Shown here piece after piece: positions 38,472 through 48,076 of a stretch of DNA of 64,000 nt. Where the stretch lies: positions 25,805 through 89,804 of the forward strand of contig CADAEJ010000006.1 of assembly GCA_902786965.1 (NCBI GenBank). The letters run 5' to 3'. A model generated the notes under the pieces. That model was not told the origin of the DNA. It made no database searches and saw only the letters and a program-made list of their open reading frames with translations. A program made the translations under genes and the position numbers. This DNA is from an uncultured Ruminococcus sp. GTDB taxonomy: Bacteria; Bacillota; Clostridia; Oscillospirales; Ruminococcaceae. Numbering within the stretch: position 1 is the first letter of the stretch; each line of letters opens with the position of its first letter.

Positions 38472-39585
38472 GATATGTCACGTAACAAGTGCTCATAAAA
38501 GCACAGATGTAAGAATATTTGAAAAAGAATGTACCTCGCTTGCCAAGAACCCTGATTATAAAGTTTATCTTGTAGCACAGGGCGAGAGCTATACAAGGAA
38601 TAATGTGCGCATTATCGGTGCAGGCGAGATCCCGTCTTCAAGAAAAGAGAGAATGTTCGAGTTCTCAAAAAAAGTTGTGAAAAAAGCTCTCAAGGTCGAT
38701 GCCGATGTCTATCATTTTCACGATCCCGAGCTTTTGCAGTATGTCGGCGCTTTTGTCAAAAGGGGCAAAAAGGTCATCTTTGACTCCCACGAGGACGTTG
38801 CCGACAGTATCCTTGATAAAACGTATATGCCGTATGCAGTGCGCGTGTGCGCAAGAACGGTCTATACCGCTATCGAAAGACTTGTACTGAAAAAGTGCAG
38901 CTATCTCATCTGCTGCACCCCTCACGTTGTAGCCAACCTGAAAAAGTTCAATCCGAATGTTGCTATGGTGACCAATTACCCGATAGTCGACGAGGAGGCT
39001 GAAAAGCAGTACGAGGGCTGCGAAAAGAATGTCAGAACGCTCTTTTTCGCAGGCGGACTTCAGGAGCAGTGGTCGCATAAGACCATAATCAACGCCATTG
39101 CCGATCTTGACGGCATTACATATGAACTCTACGGTAATCCCGATGACGGATATCTTGAAACCATAACCTGCCTTGAGGGCTGGAAAAAGGTAAATTATCA
39201 CGGAGCAGCACCGTTTGCCGAGGTGCAGCAGGCTATGCGCCGGGCAGGCATCGGTATGGCACTTATCAAACCGAGCCATAATACAGGCGGTTATATCGGT
39301 ACCCTCAGCAACACCAAGCTCTTTGAAACAATGAATGCAGGATTGCCTGTCATCTGTTCCGATTTTAAGCTCTGGAAAAAGATCGTTGAGGGCAATAATG
39401 TAGGTATTTGCATCAGACACGATGACGAGCAGGCGCTCAAAGACGCCATTATGAAGCTTGTAAATGACAGTGAGCTTTATAAGCAAATGTGCGAAAACGG
39501 AAAGCGCCTTGCGAGAGAAAAGTATAACTGGGCATCGCAGGAGAAAAAACTCTTTGCAGTCTATAAAAAAGTACTGGGCGAGTGA
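38464..39585 (+). CDS. GT4-family glycosyltransferase
   Basis: MYKICHVTSAHKSTDVRIFEKE N-terminus and a C-terminal GT-B/GT4 pattern. The ATG overlaps the upstream stop by 8 nt. Confidence 0.75.
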   Translation: MYKICHVTSAHKSTDVRIFEKECTSLAKNPDYKVYLVAQGESYTRNNVRIIGAGEIPSSRKERMFEFSKKVVKKALKVDADVYHFHDPELLQYVGAFVKRGKKVIFDSHEDVADSILDKTYMPYAVRVCARTVYTAIERLVLKKCSYLICCTPHVVANLKKFNPNVAMVTNYPIVDEEAEKQYEGCEKNVRTLFFAGGLQEQWSHKTIINAIADLDGITYELYGNPDDGYLETITCLEGWKKVNYHGAAPFAEVQQAMRRAGIGMALIKPSHNTGGYIGTLSNTKLFETMNAGLPVICSDFKLWKKIVEGNNVGICIRHDDEQALKDAIMKLVNDSELYKQMCENGKRLAREKYNWASQEKKLFAVYKKVLGE

Positions 39586-39614
39586 TATGACTTTTCGGAA
39601 AGGGTGAAAAAGCC

Positions 39615-40733
39615 TTGAAGATACTTGTTTGTGCCAGAGGCTATAATTCAGTATCCGAGAACAGAATAGGCAACTTTGAGCTGGATCAGGCGAAGGCACT
39701 TAAAGCTGCGGGCTGCGATGTGAGGATAGCATCGCTGGATCTGCGCTCGTTCAAAAGAGTAAGACCGTTTGGCGCAAAGCTTTTCAGAAACAGTTCGATG
39801 CATTGCGTTACAGTCAATTCTTTCAGCAGCTTTCTGCCCGGCAGACTTGCTGAAAGACAGGGCGCAAAAGCCGCAAGAACAGCGCTGAAATGGATATGCA
39901 ATGACGGCTGGCAGCCCGACGTTATCCACGCTCACTTTACCGAGATCGCAAGCTGCTTTGCACAAGCAGCAGGTGATACAAGCGCAAAGTTCGTTGTCAC
40001 GGAGCATTCATCGCTGATGAATACCGAAACACCCGATGCTAAAAATCTTGCACAGGCTAAAAAAGCCTATCTTTCGGCTGATAAGGTCATCGCGGTCAGC
40101 AGCGCGCTTGCAAAAAACATCAAAGCATCAACGGGCGTTGTGCCCATTGTAATAGGAAATGTCGTTGATACCGACATTTTCAGCAGCATCTCAAATGGCA
40201 GCGGACAGGATACATTCAGATTTGTATCCTGCGGCAACCTTGTGGATGTCAAAAACTTTGAATTGCTTTTCACAGCATTTTCAAAGCTCCATAATACCAA
40301 TGCGCAGCTTACGGTCTTTGGTGACGGCGTTAAAAAGCAGGAGCTTGCAGATCTCTGCCGCAGCCTTGGCATTGCGGATAAGGTCATCTTCAAAGGTCAC
40401 CGGGTGCGCGAAGAGATCGCAAAAGAGTATGCACAAAGCGATGCGTTCGTGCTCGCGTCAAAGTCAGAGACATTCGGCGTTGCTTATGCCGAGGCAATGT
40501 GCGCGGGACTTCCCGTCATAGCGACCGCGTGCGGCGGACCACAGGATTTCATAAGTGAGCAAAACGGTCTGATCTGCGAAAACGGCGATGTTGATTCGCT
40601 CGTAAAAGCAATGGATCTTATGATGCTCACAGCAATAAGCTATGACCGCAAAAGAATACACAGAACTTGTGTGCAGAACTATTCGCCAAAAGGGATCGCA
40701 CAAAAGCTTATCTCCCTTTACGGCACGCTGTAA
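39615..40733 (+). CDS. GT4-family glycosyltransferase
   Basis: GT4 E-x7-E region ETFGVAYAEAMCAGLPVIAT. TTG start. Confidence 0.75.
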   Translation: MKILVCARGYNSVSENRIGNFELDQAKALKAAGCDVRIASLDLRSFKRVRPFGAKLFRNSSMHCVTVNSFSSFLPGRLAERQGAKAARTALKWICNDGWQPDVIHAHFTEIASCFAQAAGDTSAKFVVTEHSSLMNTETPDAKNLAQAKKAYLSADKVIAVSSALAKNIKASTGVVPIVIGNVVDTDIFSSISNGSGQDTFRFVSCGNLVDVKNFELLFTAFSKLHNTNAQLTVFGDGVKKQELADLCRSLGIADKVIFKGHRVREEIAKEYAQSDAFVLASKSETFGVAYAEAMCAGLPVIATACGGPQDFISEQNGLICENGDVDSLVKAMDLMMLTAISYDRKRIHRTCVQNYSPKGIAQKLISLYGTL

Positions 40734-40799
40734 AACGATAATAATTGCTTTGATAAGCAGTATAGGATATATTTATTTACGAAAGGTGAATGAAATAAT

Positions 40800-42113
40800 A
40801 TGAAACAGGAATTGCTCAAAAAAATCGCAGAAAAAAAGATCATCGCAGGTGTTGTAGGTCTTGGCTATGTCGGACTTCCGCTTGCAGTTGAAAAGGCAAA
40901 GGCAGGTTTTAAGACAATAGGCTTTGATGTTCAGAAAGCAAAGGTCGATATGGTCAATGCAGGCAAGAACTATATAGGCGATGTTGTTGATTCCGATCTT
41001 GCAGAGCTTGTTAAGAACAAGCAGCTTGAGGCGACAACAGATTTCGGTTTCATAAAGGACGTTGATTTTGTAGCCATCTGCGTACCAACACCTCTTGATG
41101 CACATCAGGAGCCTGATATCAGCTATGTTCGCGATTCCGCGACAGCAGTTTCAAAGTACCTCAAAAAAGGTACGATGGTAGTTCTTGAATCCACCACCTA
41201 TCCCGGCACTACCGAAGAGCTTATCAAGCCTATTCTTGAAGAGGGCTCGGGACTCAAGTGCGGTGAGGACTTCTACCTCGGCTTCAGCCCCGAGAGAGTA
41301 GATCCGGGCAACCTTATCTATAAGACAAAGAACACCCCGAAGGTAGTAGGCGCTATCGGCGATGACGCAGCAGAGGTCATCTCGGCTATGTACCGTGCAG
41401 TTCTTGAGGGCGAAGTGTTCACCGTTAATAACCCTGCCGTTGCAGAAATGGAAAAGATCCTTGAAAATACATACAGAAACATCAATATCGGTCTTGTAAA
41501 CGAGATCGCCAGACTTTGCAAGGAGATGGGCATCTCCGTATGGGATGTTATTGATGCCGCTAAAACCAAGCCATACGGCTTCCAGGCATTCTATCCGGGC
41601 CCGGGTCTTGGCGGTCACTGTATCCCTCTTGACCCATACTACCTCACCTGGAAGGCTCGTGAGTACGGCTTCCATACCACACTTATCGAGAACAGTATGG
41701 TCATCAACGACAGTCAGCCTGCTTATTGCGTAGACAGAGCTATGCATATCCTCAACAGACACAAGAAAGCTATCAACGGCGCAAAGGTGCTCGTTCTGGG
41801 CGTAGCTTACAAGCAGGATATTGATGACTACAGAGAAAGCCCTGCCATCAGAGTTATCAAGGAACTCAAGAAGGTCGGCGCGGATGTAACATACTTTGAC
41901 CCGTGGGTACCGGAGTTCAAGGGCTACGGCGAAACAGGCAGGAGCATTCCGGAGCTTACCCCCGAGGCAGTAAAGGAAGCAGACCTTGTTATGATAACCT
42001 GCGCACATACAAATGTTGACTATGCTATGGTCCAGCAGAACGCAAAGGCAATATTCGATACCAAGAATGTAATGAAGAATATCCAGCCAAGAGATAACAT
42101 CGAAGTTCTTTGA
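40800..42113 (+). CDS. wbpA: UDP-N-acetyl-D-hexosamine 6-dehydrogenase (WbpA-like nucleotide-sugar dehydrogenase)
   Basis: Rossmann VVGLGYVGLPLA and catalytic-Cys motif GLGGHCIPLDP. First gene of a WbpA/B/D/E-like set. Confidence 0.8.
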   Translation: MKQELLKKIAEKKIIAGVVGLGYVGLPLAVEKAKAGFKTIGFDVQKAKVDMVNAGKNYIGDVVDSDLAELVKNKQLEATTDFGFIKDVDFVAICVPTPLDAHQEPDISYVRDSATAVSKYLKKGTMVVLESTTYPGTTEELIKPILEEGSGLKCGEDFYLGFSPERVDPGNLIYKTKNTPKVVGAIGDDAAEVISAMYRAVLEGEVFTVNNPAVAEMEKILENTYRNINIGLVNEIARLCKEMGISVWDVIDAAKTKPYGFQAFYPGPGLGGHCIPLDPYYLTWKAREYGFHTTLIENSMVINDSQPAYCVDRAMHILNRHKKAINGAKVLVLGVAYKQDIDDYRESPAIRVIKELKKVGADVTYFDPWVPEFKGYGETGRSIPELTPEAVKEADLVMITCAHTNVDYAMVQQNAKAIFDTKNVMKNIQPRDNIEVL

Positions 42114-42130
42114 TCGGAGGAGCAAAGTCA

Positions 42131-43204
42131 ATGAAATATGCACTGATAGGCTGTGGAAGAATTTCTACCAATCATATAAAAGCCGCTGTAAACAATAAGC
42201 TCGAAATTGCCGCAGTTTGCGATATCCTTCCCGAAAAAATGCAGGAGCTTCTCGCAAAGCACGGCCTTGAAAATGACGAGAGCATCAAAAGATATACCGA
42301 TTATAAGGTAATGCTCGATGAGATAAAGCCAACACTTGTCAGCATCGCTACCGAAAGCGGTCCTCACGCACAGATCGCTCTTTACTGCATCGACAAGGGC
42401 ATCAATGTCATCATCGAAAAGCCGATGGCTATGAATATGGCTGATGCAGACGAGATAATCAGACGCTCCAAAGAAAAGAACGTCAAGGTCTGCGCCTGCC
42501 ACCAGAACAGATTCAACGTCGCTGTCCAGAAAACAAGGAAAGCACTTGAATCAGGACGCTTCGGCAGACTCTCTCACGGTTCTATCCACGTCCGCTGGAA
42601 CAGAAACCACAGCTACTACGATCAGGCAAAATGGCGCGGCACCTGGGCACAGGACGGCGGATGCCTTATGAATCAGTGCATTCACGGCATCGACCTGCTT
42701 CGCTGGATGTTTGGCAACGAGGTCGATGAGGTTTACGGCGCTACCAGACAGCAGTTCCACGATTACCTCGAGGCAGAGGACGTCGGTATGGCAGTCGTTA
42801 AGTTCAAAAACGGCGCTGTTGCAACAATTGAGGGTACGACCAATGTTTACCCCAAGAACCTTGAGGAAACGCTTTACATCTTTGGTGAAAAGGGTACAGT
42901 CAAGATCGGCGGTACATCTACCAACAATATTGACGTCTGGGATTTCGCGGATGAAAGCGATGCCGATCAGGAGAACAAGGGACTCAAAGAGGCTACGAGC
43001 AACGTCTACGGCAACGGCCATACAAGCCTTTTCGCTGACGTTATCGACGCAATAAACAACGACAGACAGCCGTATGTAGACGCTGTCGCAGGCAGAAATG
43101 CCCTTGAAATGATCCTTGCAATATATAAGAGCCAGAAAACAGGCGAGCCTGTAAAGCTCCCTCTTAAAGACTTTGCAAGTATTGATATGAAAGGTGAGTT
43201 CTGA
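42131..43204 (+). CDS. wbpB: Gfo/Idh/MocA-family oxidoreductase (WbpB-like UDP-GlcNAcA 3-dehydrogenase)
   Basis: [12 protein letters not shown] Rossmann N-terminus. Start at ATG 42131 after GGAGGAG. Assignment rests on context. Confidence 0.7.
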   Translation: MKYALIGCGRISTNHIKAAVNNKLEIAAVCDILPEKMQELLAKHGLENDESIKRYTDYKVMLDEIKPTLVSIATESGPHAQIALYCIDKGINVIIEKPMAMNMADADEIIRRSKEKNVKVCACHQNRFNVAVQKTRKALESGRFGRLSHGSIHVRWNRNHSYYDQAKWRGTWAQDGGCLMNQCIHGIDLLRWMFGNEVDEVYGATRQQFHDYLEAEDVGMAVVKFKNGAVATIEGTTNVYPKNLEETLYIFGEKGTVKIGGTSTNNIDVWDFADESDADQENKGLKEATSNVYGNGHTSLFADVIDAINNDRQPYVDAVAGRNALEMILAIYKSQKTGEPVKLPLKDFASIDMKGEF

Positions 43205-43770
43205 TGGCTGACTATTTCCTTCACGAATCAAGCTACGTTGACGACGGCGTTCAGATAGGCAAGGGCACAAAGATATGGCACTTCTGCCACGTTCAGAAGG
43301 GCGCTGTTATCGGCGAAAACTGTTCTTTCGGACAGAACGTCAACATATCCAACAACGTAAAAGTCGGCAGCAATGTCAAGGTGCAGAACAACGTATCTCT
43401 TTACGAGGGCGTTGAGCTTGAGGACTACGTTTTCTGCGGTCCCTCCTGCGTCTTTACAAATGACCTCACACCAAGAACAAGATACCCCAAAGGTCACGCG
43501 GGCTATAAGAGAACGCTCGTTAAGCACGATGCGACCATCGGCGCAAATGCAACGATAGTCTGCGGTCATACTCTCGGCGAGTACTGCACGATAGCCGCAG
43601 GCGCAGTCGTTACAAAGAATGTTCCCGCGCATGCGCTTATGGCAGGCGTTCCCGCAAGGCAGATAGGCTGGACCTGCGAGTGCGGTCAGGTGCTTGGCAA
43701 AGACCTTGTTTGCCCCGATTGCGGCAGAAAATTTGAAAAGAGTGAGGATACTATCCTCGAGGTGAAATAA
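43204..43770 (+). CDS. wbpD: left-handed beta-helix N-acetyltransferase (WbpD-like)
   Basis: Hexapeptide repeats and a C-terminal ARQIGW.CECG...CPDCG tail. TGATG overlap with wbpB-like gene. Confidence 0.7.
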   Translation: MADYFLHESSYVDDGVQIGKGTKIWHFCHVQKGAVIGENCSFGQNVNISNNVKVGSNVKVQNNVSLYEGVELEDYVFCGPSCVFTNDLTPRTRYPKGHAGYKRTLVKHDATIGANATIVCGHTLGEYCTIAAGAVVTKNVPAHALMAGVPARQIGWTCECGQVLGKDLVCPDCGRKFEKSEDTILEVK

Positions 43771-44913
43771 ATGGAATTCAGAGACCTAAAAAAGCAGTAC
43801 AGCGTTCTTAAAACGCAGATCGACAGCAAGGTGCAGACAGCCTGCGCAAATGCACAGTTCATCGGCGGCGCACCCGTCAAAGACCTTGAAAAAGCACTCG
43901 CAGAGTATGTCGGCGTAAAGCATTGTATCACCTGCGCAAACGGCACGGATGCGCTTTCTCTCGCAGTCATGGCGTGGGGGATAGGGCAGGGCGATGCAGT
44001 TTTCGTTCCCGATTTTACATACTTTGCAAGCGGCGAGATCGTTGCCTACGAGGGCGCGACACCTATCTTTGTCGATGTCTGCACCGATACCTATAACATA
44101 GACCCCGACAAGCTTGAAAAGGCTATAATCAAGGCTAAAAGCGAGGGCAAGTATAACCTTAAAGCCGTTGTCGCAGTTGACCTCTTCGGTCTGCCTGCCG
44201 ACTTTGACGAGATAAAGAAGATCTGCAAAAAGTATGACCTGCTGCTGCTTGAAGACGGCGCACAGGGCTTCGGCGGAAAGCTTGGCTGCAAGACCGCCTG
44301 CAGCTTCGGCGATATCTCCACGACCAGCTTTTTCCCCGCAAAACCGCTTGGCTGCTATGGTGACGGCGGTGCGGTATTCACAGATAACGACGAGTGGGCT
44401 GACCTTATCAGAAGCTATGCCGTTCACGGCAAGGGAAGCAGCAAGTACGATAATATCCGTGTCGGCGTAAACAGCAGACTTGATACCGTTCAGGCGTGCG
44501 TGCTTGACGTTAAGTTCGATGCTTTCAAAAAGTACGAGCTTGAGGATATCAATAAGGTCGCAGCAAAGTATACAGAGCTTTTCAAAGCCGCTGGTGCGCT
44601 TGAAAAGGGAATGGTGCTGCCTGTTATCAAGCAGGGCTTTTACAGCTCGTGGGCGCAGTACACTATTCAGCTACCAAAGGGTGCCGACAGAGAAAAGATC
44701 CAGAGCGAGATGAAAGCTCTCGGTATCCCGACAATGATCTATTATATCAAGCCGATGCACTGCCAGGGTGCCTTTGAGGGTACAGACAGCGCGATCGCCG
44801 ATTGCGAGGTCACCGATGAGATCTGCACAAGAGTCCTGAGCCTCCCGCTTGACCCGTATAAGTCCGATGAGGATATAAATAAGGTCGTTACCGAGCTTAT
44901 CAAGCTTGTATAA
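43771..44913 (+). CDS. wbpE: DegT-family aminotransferase (WbpE-like UDP-3-keto-GlcNAcA transaminase)
   Basis: PLP-lysine motif SFFPAKPLGCYGDGGAV. Assignment rests on context. Confidence 0.75.
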   Translation: MEFRDLKKQYSVLKTQIDSKVQTACANAQFIGGAPVKDLEKALAEYVGVKHCITCANGTDALSLAVMAWGIGQGDAVFVPDFTYFASGEIVAYEGATPIFVDVCTDTYNIDPDKLEKAIIKAKSEGKYNLKAVVAVDLFGLPADFDEIKKICKKYDLLLLEDGAQGFGGKLGCKTACSFGDISTTSFFPAKPLGCYGDGGAVFTDNDEWADLIRSYAVHGKGSSKYDNIRVGVNSRLDTVQACVLDVKFDAFKKYELEDINKVAAKYTELFKAAGALEKGMVLPVIKQGFYSSWAQYTIQLPKGADREKIQSEMKALGIPTMIYYIKPMHCQGAFEGTDSAIADCEVTDEICTRVLSLPLDPYKSDEDINKVVTELIKLV

Positions 44914-44921
44914 AGCAATAT

Positions 44922-44953
44922 CGTCTGCCCGAATTTGTGGGCAGACGTTTTTT
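44922..44953 (+). terminator. strong intrinsic terminator closing the glycan operon
   Basis: CGTCTGCCC / GGGCAGACG perfect 9-bp stem followed by TTTTTT. Confidence 0.85.
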
Positions 44954-45072
44954 GTTGCCCGAAAGTGTAAAAAATAATTGTACTGAGTGTGTTTTTTTGC
45001 GCAAAACACTTGTAATCCTGATTGATTTTTGTTATAATATTATGGTATAAAAATAATTTTAAGGGGTTCATT

Positions 45073-45708
45073 ATGAACGAAGATAAAAAGACTTTTAAGG
45101 TCAGTCAAGAGGATATCGAGCTTGCAAAGAAAGCTGCTCCCGCAGACCTTCGGGAACAAGAGCCTGTAAGCATATTCAACGAGATCCTCGATTGGGTAGA
45201 ATCCTTCGTGTTTGCGATGTTTATCATCATTCTTATTTTCATATTCCTTCTGCGTATAGTCACAGTTGAGGGCGAATCTATGAATGCGACCCTTGATGAT
45301 AAGGACAGGGTGATAATCACCCACCTCAATTATACGCCAAAGCGTGATGATGTCGTGGTCGCCAACAGCAGTGTGCTTAATAAGACTATCATCAAGCGCG
45401 TTATCGGTGTCGGCGGAGATACGGTAAAGATAGATTACAACGTAAATAAGGTCTTTGTCAACGGTGAGGAGATAAGCAACGAGCATATCAACGGCACTAT
45501 GATAAATAAGGGTATGTTTGACCCCAATTACCTTATTTCAGACGGGGTCTACCAGTATAAAGTCCCCGACGGAAAGGTATTCGTAATGGGCGATAACCGA
45601 AACAATTCGACCGACAGCAGAACGATAGGCTTTATCGACAATAAAGATGTCCTCGGTCACGTGATATTCAGGCTTTACCCGTTCAAAAAGCTGGGTAAGG
45701 TAAAGTAA
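45073..45708 (+). CDS. lepB: signal peptidase I
   Basis: VEGESMNATL (Ser box), KRVIGVGGD (Lys box), GDNRNNSTDSR. Confidence 0.9.
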   Translation: MNEDKKTFKVSQEDIELAKKAAPADLREQEPVSIFNEILDWVESFVFAMFIIILIFIFLLRIVTVEGESMNATLDDKDRVIITHLNYTPKRDDVVVANSSVLNKTIIKRVIGVGGDTVKIDYNVNKVFVNGEEISNEHINGTMINKGMFDPNYLISDGVYQYKVPDGKVFVMGDNRNNSTDSRTIGFIDNKDVLGHVIFRLYPFKKLGKVK

Positions 45709-45725
45709 AGGGCAAAGGTGAAACA

Positions 45726-46616
45726 ATGAGCGAAGCAGCACATGTCCAGTGGTTCCCCGGACATATGGCTAAAACACGGCGGATAATGGCTTCAAATATG
45801 AAACTGGTCGATGCCGTGGTCGAGATAACAGATGCAAGGATACCCTATTCAAGCAGGAATCCCGAAATAAAAAAGATAGTCGGCTCAAAGCCGCGGCTGG
45901 TGCTTTTGAATAAAGCCGATTCAGCCGATGCGAATATGACTGACCGCTGGATAGAGTATTATAAAAAGCAGGGCGTTCGTGCGATCGCTACCGATTGCCG
46001 AAGCGGAAAAAACGTAGGAAAGTTTTATAACGAGCTTAAAGCTATACTTAAAGACGATATAGCCAAGTGGGAAGCAAAGGGTATGACAGGCAGACCCATC
46101 AGGCTTATGATCGTCGGTATCCCGAATGTCGGCAAATCATCGTTTATAAACCGCCTTGCAGGCTCTAAAATGGCAAAGGTCGAGGACAGACCGGGAGTTA
46201 CCAAGGGCAAGCAGTGGGTGAGTCTTGACGAGGGCTTTGAGCTGCTTGATATGCCGGGAGTTCTCTGGCCGAAGTTCGAGGATAAGCTGGTCGGTGAAAG
46301 ACTTGCTTTCACAGGCGCAGTAAAGGATCAGATAATGGATACCGAGTTCCTTGCGTGCAGATTGCTTGAGTTCCTGAAAGATAACTACAACGACCTGCTT
46401 GAAGCGCGCTACGGCATCACAACAGGCGATATCCCGCCAAATGATGACGAAACTATCGGCTGCGTTGTGGGATTTGAGATACTTGAAAGAATAGGCAGAA
46501 AAAGAGGCTTTCTTGTCTCGGGCGGAGAGATAAATACGCAAAGAGCTGCTGATACCGTCCTTGACGAGTACCGCAGCGGAAAAATAGGCAGAATGACTCT
46601 TGAACAGCCGCAATGA
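45726..46616 (+). CDS. rbgA: ribosome biogenesis GTPase YlqF/RbgA
   Basis: Circularly permuted GTPase with LLNKADS before GIPNVGKSS. N-terminus WFPGHMAK. Confidence 0.9.
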   Translation: MSEAAHVQWFPGHMAKTRRIMASNMKLVDAVVEITDARIPYSSRNPEIKKIVGSKPRLVLLNKADSADANMTDRWIEYYKKQGVRAIATDCRSGKNVGKFYNELKAILKDDIAKWEAKGMTGRPIRLMIVGIPNVGKSSFINRLAGSKMAKVEDRPGVTKGKQWVSLDEGFELLDMPGVLWPKFEDKLVGERLAFTGAVKDQIMDTEFLACRLLEFLKDNYNDLLEARYGITTGDIPPNDDETIGCVVGFEILERIGRKRGFLVSGGEINTQRAADTVLDEYRSGKIGRMTLEQPQ

Positions 46617-46630
46617 CCGGGGTATAAAAA

Positions 46631-47071
46631 ATGGATATATGGGAGAAATTGTACGAAAAAGCAAAGCAGCAGTATCACCCGAATGATGTTTCCCCGTTCG
46701 TATATGCCCACCACGTTGTGTGTGCACTTGAAAGCGAAAGCGGCGAGATATTCACAGGCTTTTGTATCGAGGCTTGCAGCGGCGTGATGAATCTTTGCGC
46801 CGAAAGGGCAGCAGCACTCAATATGTATGTAAACAGCGGTCAGACTGTTATCAAAAGGCTTATCGCCTTTCGTGATACTCCACCGACAGAAAAAATAACC
46901 GGCAGCGGAATGCCCTGCGGCGCTTGCAGAGAGTTTCTTATGCAGCTTTCCGAGCAAAACCGCGATATGCAGATAATGACCGATTACGAAACGAGAAAAG
47001 CCGTCACATTGGGTGAGCTTATGCCGAATTGGTGGGGCGAGAGCAGATATAAAACGGGTGAAGACTCCTGA
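46631..47071 (+). CDS. small tetrameric-type cytidine deaminase-fold zinc enzyme (blasticidin-S-deaminase-like)
   Basis: Zinc and catalytic motifs CAERAA and PCGACREFL. The overall pattern resembles the BSR/BSD-type branch, from memory only. Confidence 0.65.
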   Translation: MDIWEKLYEKAKQQYHPNDVSPFVYAHHVVCALESESGEIFTGFCIEACSGVMNLCAERAAALNMYVNSGQTVIKRLIAFRDTPPTEKITGSGMPCGACREFLMQLSEQNRDMQIMTDYETRKAVTLGELMPNWWGESRYKTGEDS

Positions 47072-47086
47072 CAGGGAAGTGAAAAT

Positions 47087-47713
47087 ATGAGTCTTGCAGA
47101 GTTTGACAGTCAGTACAGAAATAACAGTAAAATCGTCTGCGGCTGTGACGAAGCAGGCAGAGGACCTCTCGCAGGCGATGTATTCGCTGCGGCAGTGGTC
47201 TTTGATGAAAATACCGTCATCGAGGGTATAAACGACAGCAAAAAGCTTACCGAGAAAAAGCGCGAAAAGCTCTTTGACGAGATAAAAGAAAAAGCACTTT
47301 ACTGGTCGATAAAGACCGCATCGGTCGAGGAGATAGAAAAGCTCAATATCCTCAACTGTGCGATGCTCGCTATGAAAAGAGCAGTCGAGGACCTGCCCGT
47401 TAAGCCCGATATCTGCCTTATCGACGGCAATAAAACGCCCGAGCTTGATGTTAAAGCAGAGGCTGTTGTCGGCGGCGATGCGAAGTCACAAAGTATTGCA
47501 GCCGCGTCTATCCTTGCCAAAGTCGCAAGGGACAGATATATGCTCGAAATGGCAAAGCAGTACCCTCAATGGCAGTTTGAAAGGCACAAGGGCTACGGTA
47601 CAAAGCTGCATTATGAAATGATAGATAAGTACGGCGAAAGCCCGATACACAGACCAAGCTTTTTGAAAAAGTATTATGCAAAGCTATCAGAAAAACAGCA
47701 GAAAAATAGGTGA
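47087..47713 (+). CDS. rnhB: ribonuclease HII
   Basis: GCDEAGRGPLAGDV, DSKKL, HKGYGT motifs. Confidence 0.92.
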   Translation: MSLAEFDSQYRNNSKIVCGCDEAGRGPLAGDVFAAAVVFDENTVIEGINDSKKLTEKKREKLFDEIKEKALYWSIKTASVEEIEKLNILNCAMLAMKRAVEDLPVKPDICLIDGNKTPELDVKAEAVVGGDAKSQSIAAASILAKVARDRYMLEMAKQYPQWQFERHKGYGTKLHYEMIDKYGESPIHRPSFLKKYYAKLSEKQQKNR

Positions 47714-48059
47714 TATCGGTGAACAGGCGACCGCTGATTTCCTGCAGCGGCACGGGTATGCGATACTTGAGCGCAACTATACCGTGCGCGGCGGAGAAAT
47801 TGATATCATCGCATCTAAAGATAACGTGACCGCATTCGTTGAGGTCAAAACGCGAAAGGAAAACCCTCTTGAGCAGGGCGAGCAGGCAATAACACCTGCC
47901 AAGAAAAAGCGCCTTGTCGCCGCGGCGCAGAGATATATTGACGAGGTAATGATGAACTGTGATACCTGCCGCTTTGATGTGGCAGTCGTTACAGTCTCGG
48001 ATAATGCCGTCAAGCATTTGAAGTATTATGTAAATGCCTTTGACGGCAGCAAACAGTAA
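47676..48059 (+). CDS. YraN-family (UPF0102) endonuclease-like protein
   Basis: GEQATADFLQRHGYAILERNY...GEIDIIA...FVEVKTR. Start is uncertain and overlaps the rnhB 3' end. Confidence 0.8.
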   Translation: MQSYQKNSRKIGDIGEQATADFLQRHGYAILERNYTVRGGEIDIIASKDNVTAFVEVKTRKENPLEQGEQAITPAKKKRLVAAAQRYIDEVMMNCDTCRFDVAVVTVSDNAVKHLKYYVNAFDGSKQ

Positions 48060-48076
48060 GGAAAGGTCGTATAATT

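Noticed and set aside
38665-39699. Long antisense ORFs opposite the glycosyltransferase, wbpA-like, whiA and metA genes (38665-39699, 41151-42143, 13419-14240, 32578-33162)
   Set aside because: Each is fully embedded opposite a gene with clear family motifs. None has an RBS or a recognisable domain.
43630-43770. CxC...CxxC zinc-ribbon-like tail on the WbpD-like acetyltransferase, considered as a possible novel fusion
   Set aside because: The ARQIGW... segment preceding it is, from memory, part of the normal WbpD/WlbB-type C-terminus. The tail is short and probably ancestral to the family, so it is not convincing as a new domain fusion without an alignment.
36102-45072. Integrative element or genomic island inserted at tRNA-Leu, possibly flanked by repeats TTTTGCGCCCGAAAG (36316-36330) and TTTTGTTGCCCGAAAG (44950-44965)
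   Set aside because: There is no integrase, recombinase or other mobility gene. The tRNA 3' end is not repeated at the far boundary. The shared core is only 9 nt (GCCCGAAAG), and the T-run of the second copy is just the terminator tail. This is compatible with chance, so the locus is reported as a glycan locus and not as a mobile element.
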